Notes under the pieces: generated by a model
The model's input: the letters and a program-made list of their open reading frames with translations, nothing else
The model's database searches: none
What the model was told of the DNA's origin: nothing
Assembly (NCBI GenBank): GCA_000092065.1
Contig: CP000582.1
Strand: one strand, 5' to 3'
DNA from: Ostreococcus lucimarinus
Taxonomy: Eukaryota
DNA: 64,000 nucleotides
In this document: piece by piece, positions 29,688 to 40,099 of the stretch
Layout of the letters: every line of letters starts with the position of its first letter
Position numbering within the stretch: the stretch's first letter is position 1
Translations under genes and position numbers: made by a program

Positions 29688-30770
29688 ATGTCGAGCGACG
29701 ACGCGCCGACGTTCGACGCGCTCGAGACGCGCCGCGCGTGCCGCGCGCTGCTGCCGACGCTCGATTTAGAGCGCGCGACCGAACGCTCGGTGCGCGAGGC
29801 CGTGCGCGACGCCCTGCGCGCGGCGCGCGGCGACGACGGGCGAGACGTCGATCGAATCGTCGTGCAAAACGAGATCGACGCGTTCCTGGGGCGCGCGGAC
29901 GCGGCGGTGGCGGCGAACGAGGACGGCGAGCGCGGGGCGACGACGACGGCGACGACGAAGCGCGAACGCGTCGACGACGAGGGGTCGCCGACGACCGGAG
30001 GGAATAAGAGGGCGAGCGCGACGGCGGAAGAGAGCGCGCTGGATGAAACGCGAGTGTTGGCGGCGCTGGAGGCGATCGGAGAGGACGGGACGGAGGCGAA
30101 GGCGTTGGCGAGCTTTTTGAAGCGCGACAAGACGGCGGTGAACAAGGCGCTGTACGCGATGGCGGCGCGCGGATCGGCGAGGAGAGAAGACGGCGAGGGC
30201 GGGGCGCCGAGGTGGTTCGTGGCGAACGCGAGGGTCGGTGCGAGCGAGGCGGCGACGACGCAGAGCGCGCGGCCGGCGAGCTCGACGGCGGACGCGGCGA
30301 CGACGGACGCGGCGACGAGCGCGGGCGGCGACGACGCGGTGGAGAACGAAGTCGTGGCGCTGTCGAAGACGAAGCGCGTGACGGTGCGAAAGTGGAAGGA
30401 AACGACGCTCGTTGACATTCGCGAGTACTATCAAGCCGGTGGCGAGGGACCGTACAAGCCGGGGAAGAAAGGGATTTCGTTGTCTTCGGCGCAGTGGCGG
30501 GTGCTCGACGCGAACATCGATAAAGTGGCGAGCGCCATCGAGGCGTGCGAGGCGTCGAGCCAAGAGCAGCTGGTGTGCGAGATGTCGAACACGCGACGGT
30601 GCACGGTGAGCAAGTACAAAGGGAAAGTTTTGGTCAACATTCGCGAGTACTACGAAAAAGATGGCGAGATGCGACCGGGAATGAAAGGAGCGTCTCTCGC
30701 GGTCGAAGCAGCGCGACGTCTCGTCGCGCACGCGTCGCAAATTTCTGCGCGCGTGGCTAGCCTCGAGTAG
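29688..30770 (+). CDS. PC4/Sub1-family transcriptional coactivator with two PC4 ssDNA-binding domains and an N-terminal DEK-C-like module (KELP-like)
   Basis: Two copies of the PC4 core are present: RWKETTLVDIREYYQAGGEGPYKPGKKGISLSSAQW and KYKGKVLVNIREYYEKDGEMRPGMKGASLAVEAARRL. Confidence 0.7.
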   Translation: MSSDDAPTFDALETRRACRALLPTLDLERATERSVREAVRDALRAARGDDGRDVDRIVVQNEIDAFLGRADAAVAANEDGERGATTTATTKRERVDDEGSPTTGGNKRASATAEESALDETRVLAALEAIGEDGTEAKALASFLKRDKTAVNKALYAMAARGSARREDGEGGAPRWFVANARVGASEAATTQSARPASSTADAATTDAATSAGGDDAVENEVVALSKTKRVTVRKWKETTLVDIREYYQAGGEGPYKPGKKGISLSSAQWRVLDANIDKVASAIEACEASSQEQLVCEMSNTRRCTVSKYKGKVLVNIREYYEKDGEMRPGMKGASLAVEAARRLVAHASQISARVASLE

Positions 30771-30844
30771 ATTTGGAAGAAGATGTGGAACACCGACGAA
30801 ATGTAAAACGATGAACGAAATGCTTACCAAGGCGCTCGCGATGC

Positions 30845-32608
30845 TCACTCCTCGAACGGTTGTTCGAGTAACTCTTTTCGAATCCACACCGCGTAATCGT
30901 CGCCGTGCGTTGCGAGCTCGAACTCTGCGATTTGAGCGAGTATTTCACCCGGAACGTCGTATCTCGGCCCTAGCTTGACGATGATTTTGTCATCGATGAC
31001 CGCGACGTATAAATCGCTCTCGGCGATTTTGATGTCAACTCTGCTCTCGCAGCACACGTTGGCGAGCTTACGGCAGCTCAACAAAGCTCGAATTTCTGAT
31101 GTTAGCGATTAGGACCAACCCAAGTTTTCGTCGCAGCACCAAATGTGCGGGCCAAACACGCAGGGAATGCCGGGATGCAGAAGCGTGTACGCGTAACCCA
31201 AACCGAGACGATCGAGTGGAAACGGCCAGTGATTCTGCGGGTATCCGGTATCGTGGTTGTCGAGAAATGTCACAGCACTTTGCGGTACCCAGCCGGCAAG
31301 CCCAGGCATGCCGCCTTGCTGGTCTCGTAGCCGCCAAAACTCTACTCGCTTGACTGCTTCTTGTAGAATTCCCTTGGTCACGAAGTCGAACAACGCCGCG
31401 CATTCGTCTGCGGCGTTCAACCAATCCACGAGCACGCGTCTCGGCTTGTCTTGATTGTACTCGAGAAAGCTTCCCGACCACGTCATCCCGACCCAGTTCT
31501 CGCCGACGCAGAATTGCTCAAATCCAACCGTTTTCTCCACATACTCTCTCACGAAATTCGGAGCGTAGCCTTGGACGAAATCGAACCTCCATCCGCTGAA
31601 ACCGATGTCATCTTTCAACCAGTTCAACCACTCGATGATCGCTTCGCGAATCTCGGCGTTTGTGTGGTCGAGATCAGGGGCGATTTCGATCGAGTCGCCA
31701 CTATCGTTGGCTCCTTGACCTTCGCGAAAAAATGGATCGTCGCCGACGATGGCGTAAGCTCCCCAATTTATTCGTCTCCCGCTCGGCGTTACTTCGTCCG
31801 CAAACGAGATGAAGCGGCCATCCGAAGCGTACTCAGCGCAACGATGGTTGATGACGATGTCGCACACGGCTACTATTCCGGCTTTTTTCAGAGCCTGTAC
31901 CAACGATTTAAGCTCCGCTTCATCGCCGTACTCGCTACCGTCCAAGTTGTAAATTTCCGATGGCATGTAACCGTGCTCGTCTACCGATAACGACGGTGGA
32001 GGCAACCAAACGTGCGTAAACCCGAAATCCGCTATCATCGGCACTCGATCCTCAATTCTGCGATAGTAAGACTTGTCGCTGTGTAACGAACGCTTCGTCG
32101 ACAACCAATCGAATGCTTGTAAAAGCACGACGTCACTGTAACCAGTTTTACACGTCGAGCATTTGGCCTCCTTCACCGTGCACGCGCTCACCGCGACTTC
32201 TACCTCATCCATCTCGCGCTCGATAAACCGCTCGAGTAAGTCGGAGCTCTTTCCCGGCTCAAACAGCTCAGTCGACCCGCGGTCCCGGAAGACGGCGCGC
32301 GCGTGCTCGATCGCCGGCATCCGCACCGCCGCCGATAACGCGTCGAAGGCGACGTCGGACGCCGACGCCGCAACCTCGTCCTCCTCCTCCTGGACCTCTA
32401 CGTCTCCCTCGCGCGCGCGCTCGACGCGCGCGTCTTTCACCACCCGTCTCATCGCGTCGTCATCACCGCCGCGCGCTCGCGCGCGTCGCATCCGCCGCGA
32501 ATCATCGCCGCCGCGCGTTCGCACCGGCCGAGAAAGTCGATTCGTGTCGCGTCCGGCGCGCGCCGCGCGCGGCGTCGCGAACGCCCGCGCGCGCGAAACC
32601 GCGCGCAT
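30845..32608 (-). CDS. AMY: Alpha-amylase (GH13, plant AMY-type) with transit-like presequence; the C-terminal beta-sandwich domain is separated from the catalytic domain by an in-frame TAA
   Basis: The catalytic domain has LLQAFDW, DIVINHR, GWRFDFVQGY, FLDNHDTG and HPGIPCVF. Downstream of the TAA at 31109-31111, the same frame encodes DLYVAVIDDKIIVKLGPRYDVPGEI..THGDDYAVW, which is the plant alpha-amylase C-terminal domain. See findings. Confidence 0.8.
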
Positions 32609-32752
32609 GGATGCGCTTCCGAGCCGTCGCGCGCGCTCTCCCGTCGCGGGCGCGCGGCGTCGCGTTCGTCGTCGGCCCTCGCCTCGCGCGTCGATGTGCG
32701 TCCGGGCTCGGCCGCGCCCGCACACCGCGACGACGCGCGCCGACGACCGACC

Positions 32753-34390
32753 ATGCCGGTATCGCGCGTGACGGTGTTCCACGAGGGCTCGTGCGCGCGC
32801 GCGAGGAAGGCGCTCGCGGCGCTGCGCGACGAGGGCGTGCAAGAGTCTGAATTTCACAAAATTAATCTCGACGCGTTGACGCCCGACGCGCGGTCGACGC
32901 GATTGGAAGGCTTGAAAGCGCTCGCGGGACACCGTTACACCCCCGCCGTGTTCTTTAACGCCGAGTACGTCGGATCGGAGGTTGAGATCACGCACTTGGC
33001 GCGGACGGGAAAGCTGGCGCGCGAGCTGTTGAGGGACGGCGACTGCGACGTCGACGCGTTGCCGCGGGCGCTACGAGACGTGGAGGACGACGAAAGGGAC
33101 GATCCGGGTGGAAAGTCGATCTATGGAAGGTCTAAATCGATAAAGCTGGAGACGCGCGAGGGAGAGGAGAGCGAGGGGAAGAAGGCGAATAAGAAGACGA
33201 GGACGCGAGCGACGACGTACGCTCGAATGACGGAGACGATGAAGCATGCGATGCGGTATCGACGCGCGGAGGCGACGATGATGGCGTCGTCGTCGGGTGG
33301 GTGTTCGTGTTTTGGTGGTGCGGAGCGAGCGAACGAGCCGCCGACGATGTCAAAGGATGAAATCGTCGACGCGCTCGCGCTGGCTGACATGACGGCGCGC
33401 ACGGGCGAGGGCGAGTTCGAGTTCGATGTGGATGATTTTCACACGCTCGAGGCGTACGTGAAGGAGGGAGCGTTGATTCCTAGGGGTAGTCCTGTGCGAT
33501 ACGCGCTGCCTATGGACTTGGATCGCAGGGTCTTGAATTCCTACAGGACCGCGTGGAAAGATCGCGTGAGCTCCAAGCCCGTGGACGCGGCCGCATACTT
33601 GAGAAAAATGTTCTCCATCATCGAGTCGTATCACGTCTCGGCGGAGACTGGGATGGTGGATTACGAAGGCATCGCTCTGGACGATCAGTACGGCGCGTTT
33701 GAGGAGGCGACATGCGAATTGCGAGCGATTCGATTGAATCAAGGCGAGTTGGCAAACGAAGACGCTCGCAAGGCGTTCCTTTTGAACGTGTACAACGTCG
33801 GGGTGAAACACGCGTTCGTAAACGTGGGCGTTCCAAGAAACGCGCGCGAGCGGCTAGCGTTTTACGGAAGCGTCGGGTACAATATTGGGGGTAAATTTTA
33901 TTCCTTGGACGATATCGAGCACGGACTGCTTCGCGCCAACGCGCCGCATCCGACTAAGAAGTTTGCGACAAAATATTTCAAGGATGACGGCGCGGCGAAA
34001 TACGCGCTCTCCAAGCGTGACGCCAGGATTCACTTCGCGTTGAACTGCGGAGCGAACGCGTGTCCGCCCATCAGAGCGTATTCAGCGAATAAAATCGACG
34101 CGCAACTCGATGTAGCAGCCGAAGCCTTTCTCAACGGCACCGTCGCCGTGGACGCTCGCAAGAATGAAGTGCGCCTGTCGAAAATCATGCAGTGGTACGC
34201 GCGAGATTTCGGCGCGGGCGCGACAGAGGTGTTGAGATTCATTGCGCCGAGACTGAAAGATGAATCCAAGGTGGCGCTGGAGACCGCGCTGACGAGCGGT
34301 AAAATACCGCGAATCTCGTACGCGGAGTACGACTGGTCGACGGATGCCTCGGCGCCTCGGCCATTTTCGCTCGCGCGGTACGCGTCGTAG
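32753..34390 (+). CDS. Glutaredoxin-like N-terminal domain plus DUF547 protein
   Basis: The Grx-like start reads VTVFHEGSCARARKALAALRDEGV. DUF547 hallmarks are present: FLLNVYNVGVKHAF and HFALNCGANACPPIRAY. Confidence 0.8.
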   Translation: MPVSRVTVFHEGSCARARKALAALRDEGVQESEFHKINLDALTPDARSTRLEGLKALAGHRYTPAVFFNAEYVGSEVEITHLARTGKLARELLRDGDCDVDALPRALRDVEDDERDDPGGKSIYGRSKSIKLETREGEESEGKKANKKTRTRATTYARMTETMKHAMRYRRAEATMMASSSGGCSCFGGAERANEPPTMSKDEIVDALALADMTARTGEGEFEFDVDDFHTLEAYVKEGALIPRGSPVRYALPMDLDRRVLNSYRTAWKDRVSSKPVDAAAYLRKMFSIIESYHVSAETGMVDYEGIALDDQYGAFEEATCELRAIRLNQGELANEDARKAFLLNVYNVGVKHAFVNVGVPRNARERLAFYGSVGYNIGGKFYSLDDIEHGLLRANAPHPTKKFATKYFKDDGAAKYALSKRDARIHFALNCGANACPPIRAYSANKIDAQLDVAAEAFLNGTVAVDARKNEVRLSKIMQWYARDFGAGATEVLRFIAPRLKDESKVALETALTSGKIPRISYAEYDWSTDASAPRPFSLARYAS

Positions 34391-34394
34391 CACA

Positions 34395-34450
34395 CGTTTA
34401 CATTTCGTTTACATTCGTTTACATTCGTTTCTGCGTTTCTGCGTTTCGTT
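34395..34450. repeat. Minisatellite in the 3' region (cgtttacatt x3, cgtttctg x2)
   Basis: Direct tandem repeats lie immediately after the DUF547 stop codon. Confidence 0.7.
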
Positions 34451-34720
34451 TACCGACTCATTCACGTCGTTTCTTTTCGTCGCCCGTTCGTTTCGCTTCA
34501 GTAGTCGGAAGAGTCCGAGTCGTACGCGATCCGCGGCGCGAACGTCCTCGCCGACTCGTAGCGACACATCACGCGCATCTCCTGATGTTGCATCAACCGT
34601 TTCGACCAACCGTCGCGCGTCACCGTCATCGGAGGGTCGCGTCGCGGATTCGCGGCGCGGTTTACAATTCTACGACTCGTGCGCGACGGCGGGGCGTCGG
34701 CGAACGCGGCGATCGGTCGA

Positions 34721-35857
34721 TCAATCGTCGTCCATGCCCGTGAAATCGATGCCTCGTCCGCGAACGGCGCCTCGAAATCGCTCGGCGGATCGAAACAAAG
34801 CTTCGTCGGACGGCGACGGCGCGTGCGTCATCGATTTCGCGCGCTGCGCGACGAACCAGACCTCTCGGCTTTGCGACGTGAACTCGCGACACGCGTCGGT
34901 GTAGCGCGTGTCCGACATGCTCACGAAACCGCCCTCGCAACACTCTGGAAAGGATTCGTAAAAGTGCTTGTAGCCGCCCTGCAAGACGTACGTGTGCGGA
35001 AACGAGAGCGCCGGATACGTAGCCATGTGATCTCTTCGATCCAAGTTCCGCACGTGTCGCCACATGCGCGGTGCGCGTTCGCTACTGAACTCGCAGTAAA
35101 ACACGTACACTACGTTTGCGCTCGTCGTCGCGCGAGACGCGAGAAATTTCTGCACGTCCGTCGGCGAATACAGATTCAACGCCGAGCGCACGCGGCCGCC
35201 CGCGTACTCGAACGGAAATCGACAATCGATGGCGACGACTTCCGGCCCACCGGCGCCACCGGACTCGTGATTCGCTAATAACGCGCGAAGCGCGGCGCCG
35301 TCGATCATGGGCAACCCAAGCGCGGCGTCCAACGCGCTCGGAATCATCGCGCACGGTCCCGCGAGCGCCGGCGTCGCCGGCTCCTCGCAATCGACCCGCT
35401 CGCTCGCATCGTATCGCGTGTCCCCTCGCGAAGGCGTGTATCCGTACGACATCCCGTACGATAGCGCCTGCTTTCGCGGCGGCGCCGGCGGCGACGTCGA
35501 CGCCTTCATCGGCGGCGGCGACGCCAACGGTCGCCCGCCGCGGCACGGAGTCGCCGCCCGCGCGTCCTCCGCGCGCGCCCAATCCGCCCCATTCGCGTTC
35601 GACGCGTCTCTCAGCGCCCGCGCGAACGTCGGCATCGCCGCAAAAACCATCCCTTCCCCCGTTTCGCCCGCGCGCGCTTTCCTCTTTGTCGGCAGCGGCG
35701 TCGCCGTCGACGCCCCGCTCGCGCCGCCGTCCCGCGCCTCCCCATCCGTCTTCCCGCGCGCCGGCGTTTCAAACGCCCCCGCGGGCGCGCGCACCGTCGG
35801 CGGCGACGCCAACGACGCCTCCGCCGTCACTCGCCGTCGCTTCGCCTCGGCGTCCAT
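34721..35857 (-). CDS. CDC25: CDC25-type dual-specificity phosphatase (rhodanese fold)
   Basis: The catalytic CX5R loop YCEFSSERAP is preceded by VVAIDCRFPFEYAGGRVRSALNL and followed by YPALSFPHTYVLQGGYKHFYESF. The ATG lies at aa 9 of the listed ORF, which itself starts at TTG. Confidence 0.8.
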   Translation of the reverse strand: MDAEAKRRRVTAEASLASPPTVRAPAGAFETPARGKTDGEARDGGASGASTATPLPTKRKARAGETGEGMVFAAMPTFARALRDASNANGADWARAEDARAATPCRGGRPLASPPPMKASTSPPAPPRKQALSYGMSYGYTPSRGDTRYDASERVDCEEPATPALAGPCAMIPSALDAALGLPMIDGAALRALLANHESGGAGGPEVVAIDCRFPFEYAGGRVRSALNLYSPTDVQKFLASRATTSANVVYVFYCEFSSERAPRMWRHVRNLDRRDHMATYPALSFPHTYVLQGGYKHFYESFPECCEGGFVSMSDTRYTDACREFTSQSREVWFVAQRAKSMTHAPSPSDEALFRSAERFRGAVRGRGIDFTGMDDD

Positions 35858-36468
35858 CCTTCGTCGGCGGCGTCGTTTCAAATTTTCAAATTTCGCCGCG
35901 TCGATTCAAGTCGACGCGCGCGACGTCGAGTCGACGCGCGGTCGACCCGGACGGCGGTGCGCGTTCGAGACCGTCGGGTTCGGCGCGGTCTCGGAACCTC
36001 GCCGCGATCGTCGCGATCGTCGCGTCGTCGGCGGCGTCGTCGCGTCGCGCGACGCGCGATGTGCCGCGCCGCGAGATGTGAAACATCAACCTCACTGTGT
36101 CTATTATACCCGCGTGTCCGAACACATCCCGATATATCGGCAGCGCGCGCTCTCTCATGCGCATTCGAGACGCCGCGAGACCATTGTTTGATGCGCGCGG
36201 CGATCGATAAATCACGACCGCGATCGCGCCGTGACGTCGCGCGCGCGTCGTCGACGTCGGCACACGCGCGCGCGCGTCGCCGAGACGCCGACGCGCTCGA
36301 CGAACGACGCGCGAACGGTCGGCGCCCCGCGCCGCGGCGCGAGACGACGCGCGCGAGCGACGCGAGCGACGCGACGCGATCGATCGACCATCGTGCGGCG
36401 ATCGAACGGAACGAACGGACGCGCGACGCGCGAGGGGCGAACGCGCGGGCGCGCGGGCGCGGACGAAG
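35858..36468. promoter_or_regulatory. Bidirectional GC-rich promoter region (CDC25 / MIPS)
   Basis: 611 bp separate divergent ATGs; the region contains GCGAGCGACGCGAGCGACGCGA-type direct repeats. Confidence 0.3.
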
Positions 36469-38058
36469 ATGTTGATCGATAAGTTCACGGTGGAGAGCGC
36501 GACGGTGCGGACGATCGAGGACGGGGCGACGGGGATCGAGTACGTGGAGAGCGAGCACGCGTACGCGAGCACGAGGGTGGAGCGAAGGACGTCGACGAGC
36601 GTTGAGGGGAAGGAATGCTTCGCGCTCGTGCCGGAGACGAAGAATTTTACGATTCGGACGCGGACGAGCGTGCCGAAGGTTGGGATCATGCTCGTTGGGT
36701 GGGGCGGGAATAACGGATCGACGCTCACGGCGGGTATGCTGGCGAATAAGCACGACGTGACGTGGAATACGAAGGATGGGGTGCGGAAGCCTAATTATTA
36801 CGGCTCACTCACGCAGAGTGGGACGTGCCGAGTTGGACATCTCGAAGGCGAGGAGGTTTACGTGCCGTTTAAGTCGTTGATGCCGCTAGCGAATCCGAAC
36901 GACGTCATCGTCGACGGATGGGACATCAACGACGCGAATTTGGCGGACGCGATGGAGCGAGCCAAAGTTTTAGACTTCGATTTACAAAGGCAGCTCCGAC
37001 CCCGTATGGAGGGGATGAGGCCGCGAGCGAGTGTCTTTGATCCGAAATTCGTCGCGAGGAATCAGTTGTCTCGCGCAAACAATGTCATCGGCGGGTCAAA
37101 GACGGAGCAGATGGCGCAGATTCGCGCTGACATTCGCGATTTCAAGGAAAAGAATGGAATCGATAGTGTAGTCGTGTTGTGGACGGCGAACACGGAGCGT
37201 TACTCGGAAACGCGCGAGGGCGTGCACGACACAGAAGAAAACTTGCGAAACGCCATCAAAACGGGCGAGGAAGAGATTTCGCCAAGTACCTTGTTCGCCT
37301 TGGCGTGCATAGACGAGCACACACCGTTCATTAACGGAAGTCCACAGAACACGTTCGTGCCAGGCGTCGTGCAAGCGGCGGTTCGCCTGAACTCGATCAT
37401 CGGTGGAGATGATTTCAAGACTGGTCAAACGAAGATGAAGTCGGTGTTGGTCGACTACCTCATCGGCGCTGGCTTAAAGCCGACATCCATCGTGAGCTAC
37501 AATCACTTAGGTAACAACGATGGTTTGAACCTGAGTGCGCCGCAGACTTTCCGATCCAAGGAAATCTCTAAGGCGAACGTGGTTTCAGACATGGTGGCGA
37601 GTAATCCGCTGCTTTACGACGAGGGCGAGGAGCCCGATCACACCGTCGTGATCAAGTACGTCCCGAATGTCGGCGATAGCAAGCGAGCGATGGATGAGTA
37701 CACCAGCGCAATTTTCATGAACGGCGAAAACACGATCGTCATGCACAACACGTGCGAGGACTCCTTGCTCGCGGCGCCGCTCATCCTTGACTTGTGTCTT
37801 GTGGCCGAACTCTTGACGCGCGTCGAAGTCAAGTGCGAAGGCGAACAGTTTCACAGCATTCACCCCATCGCGGTGTTGCTCTCGTATTGGAGCAAGGCCC
37901 CGCTCGTGCCAAACGGTATGCCCATCGTGAACGCTCTCGCGAAGCAACGCGCCATGCTGGAAAATTTCTTCCGCGCCGCCGTCGGTCTCGCGCCCGAGAA
38001 CAACATGTTGCTCGAGTATTTCGCGGTGACGGGTCAACAGTCCCCCGCATCCGCGTAG
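36469..38058 (+). CDS. INO1: Myo-inositol-1-phosphate synthase
   Basis: A full-length 529-aa [27 protein letters not shown] and the NAD-binding and catalytic regions are collinear with eukaryotic MIPS. Confidence 0.92.
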   Translation: MLIDKFTVESATVRTIEDGATGIEYVESEHAYASTRVERRTSTSVEGKECFALVPETKNFTIRTRTSVPKVGIMLVGWGGNNGSTLTAGMLANKHDVTWNTKDGVRKPNYYGSLTQSGTCRVGHLEGEEVYVPFKSLMPLANPNDVIVDGWDINDANLADAMERAKVLDFDLQRQLRPRMEGMRPRASVFDPKFVARNQLSRANNVIGGSKTEQMAQIRADIRDFKEKNGIDSVVVLWTANTERYSETREGVHDTEENLRNAIKTGEEEISPSTLFALACIDEHTPFINGSPQNTFVPGVVQAAVRLNSIIGGDDFKTGQTKMKSVLVDYLIGAGLKPTSIVSYNHLGNNDGLNLSAPQTFRSKEISKANVVSDMVASNPLLYDEGEEPDHTVVIKYVPNVGDSKRAMDEYTSAIFMNGENTIVMHNTCEDSLLAAPLILDLCLVAELLTRVEVKCEGEQFHSIHPIAVLLSYWSKAPLVPNGMPIVNALAKQRAMLENFFRAAVGLAPENNMLLEYFAVTGQQSPASA

Positions 38059-38837
38059 TACCAGGTTCCCAATAGCCTGCAGTGGTAGATTCTTTTATCA
38101 TTATTCACGGCCGCTCGCGTCGGTGATCAATACTTTTCGACGCGTTCGGCGCGTCGACTCCGCACTCGTCGCCCGGTCGCGGCGTCTCGATGTCCCCCGA
38201 GGGCGACGGCCACGCCCGCGCGCTCGCGCGCGCGCGCGAATACTCACGAAGCGTCGAGTCGAGCGACGCATCGCGCGCGCGCGCGAGCGCGCCCGTGCGC
38301 GCGTCCTGGGCCGGCGGCGCGCCGACAACCGTTCCGACACCCGAAGTCGCGCGCGCGACGAGCGACGCGCGCGCGTCGCCGGTGAAACCGCGTCCCAACT
38401 TGAAGTTCTTCGGTAACACCGTGCGCGCCATCGCGAGCGCCAACGCGAGGATCGACGATAAGCGCCGAGCCGAGGGCGAGAGAGAGAGAGAGACGCCGCG
38501 GCGAGACGCCGCGGGCGAGACGAGGCGAAGAAAAAGCGATGGACGGGACAGGAGACGTTCGAAAAAGCGACGCGAAGGTGGGAACGGCGTCGACGCCGAA
38601 CGTTGGGATCACGTTCCACAAAGGGAAGAGAAAAGAGAAAAGGTGCGGGTACCGGTGGTGAAACCGAAGCCGGCGGCGGTAGAACGCGAAGAAGGCGAGT
38701 GGTCGAGCGGGAGCGACGCGTAGCATGTACAGTACAGTGTTTTTGTATTCAAAAGTTGTGGAAAATTAGGCAAAAAAATGGGTAGAAAAGTTGTCGTTCA
38801 ATGTCATCAATGTGATAGTACAGATGTCAGGGGGCGG

Positions 38838-40008
38838 TCACATGCCGAGACTCTCCCGCATGGACGCCCACGCTTGGAAACCGTGCGCGTCGATGGGGAC
38901 GCGCTTTCCCGTCGTAGGTTCGACGATTGTGTCCATGACGTGTTTGAACATGCAGTCTCGAACGTACGTACCCGAAGCCGAGGCCAGGGTCCAAAATCCC
39001 GCGTCGATTTCGGATTGAAGTTGCCCTGGAGACCATCCCGAGTAGCCGACAAAGAGGCTCAAATCCTCTGGCCGAAGCGTACCCGGCCCAGAGAGTTTGG
39101 CGTTCAATTTCGCCAACTGATCTAGGTTGATGACGCGATATATCCCCGGTATCACCTCTTCAGTCATGCCTGGCTGCTCTTTCGTCGTCAAGGCGATGAC
39201 GGAACGATCGAGCGAGTGGTCCAACCCCACCGGTCCGCCGACGCCGACGACTTCTTCAGACAACAGCGACCAGTACAAATTATCGTGTTTAACCTCTGGG
39301 CAATGCTTGGCGAGCGTCCACGATTGCGTGCGATTCAAAATTATCCCAGTAGATCCGTACGGTGTGTGATCTGCATCGACGTGAGCGAGCGTAAAAGTCA
39401 GTCGACGAGATTCGCGTCGGCGCCTCCGTCTCGGCTTCCGCCCCCCCCTCTTTCTTCTCGAGCGCGCGTCGTCCGAACCACTCACCGAGCATGAAAATCA
39501 CCACGTGCGACCAAAACGAGCTCGCGTCTTCTTCTACCGCCACTAAAAGCGCGCCTTTCTCCAGGTTTTCCAATCCATGCGCCCACGTCGGCGGTGATCC
39601 GTCTCGCGAAGCCGCGTCTATGCTCGCCCCGAGCGCGGCGTTTTCAGAGTATTGCGCCACCATGCGCGCGCGAAACTCGCGCCAGTCCACCGCATGCGCG
39701 CGATCATCGCCTTCGTTTTGCGTTTGTTCGTTTCGTTCGTTCACGTCGTCGTTTTCGCGTCCTGCGCGCGCCCAAACGGAGGTTTCACGCCGTCGTCCCG
39801 GAAGGTGTCGGCGTAACCGTCCCGAATTCAACTCGAGCGCGACGGAGCGCGCGCGCGTGCGCGCGTTCTCGCATCGCGACGGCGGCGCGTGCGCGCGGTA
39901 GGCTATGTGCGCGCCGTGCGCGAGCGAGCTGAGCATGGCGCGCGACGTCGAGGGCGTGCGACGCGCGATTGTGCGCGTCGAGGGCGTGCTGGCGTGGCAC
40001 TTGCTCAT
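38838..40008 (-). CDS. YqgE/AlgH-family (DUF179/UPF0301) protein, organelle-targeted, two exons
   Basis: Exon 1 (39486..40008) ends ..SFWSHVVIFML. Exon 2 (38838..39370) begins DHTPYGSTGIILNRTQ and carries GGPVGLDH and GYSGWSPGQLQSEIDAGFW, collinear with E. coli YqgE ([23 protein letters not shown]..). The two listed ORFs are in different frames, and a 115-nt phase-1 intron joins them. Confidence 0.75.
39371..39485 (-). other. Spliceosomal intron (115 nt) with GTGAGT donor, CTGAC branch-like motif and CAG acceptor
   Basis: The frame and the homology to YqgE are restored exactly across this interval. Confidence 0.7.
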
Positions 40009-40099
40009 AAAGTGTACTTTATGAGCAACTTTTTCGTACGGCGACAATAATCTATGAATAAATGCGTGTGCTAAGGCGCCGACGGCGCGAAGACGCGAA

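Noticed and set aside
30845-31084. 79-aa ORF initially looked like an independent small gene
   Set aside because: It is in the same frame as, and homologous to the C-terminal domain of, the upstream alpha-amylase. It is treated as part of that gene.
38190-38723. Plus-strand ORF encoding a very basic K/R/E-rich 177-aa protein in the 780-bp gap between MIPS and the YqgE-like gene
   Set aside because: The composition is partly coding-like, but there is no homology and it overlaps equally long antisense ORFs. It is left uncalled; it could be a small nuclear or ribosomal-biogenesis protein.
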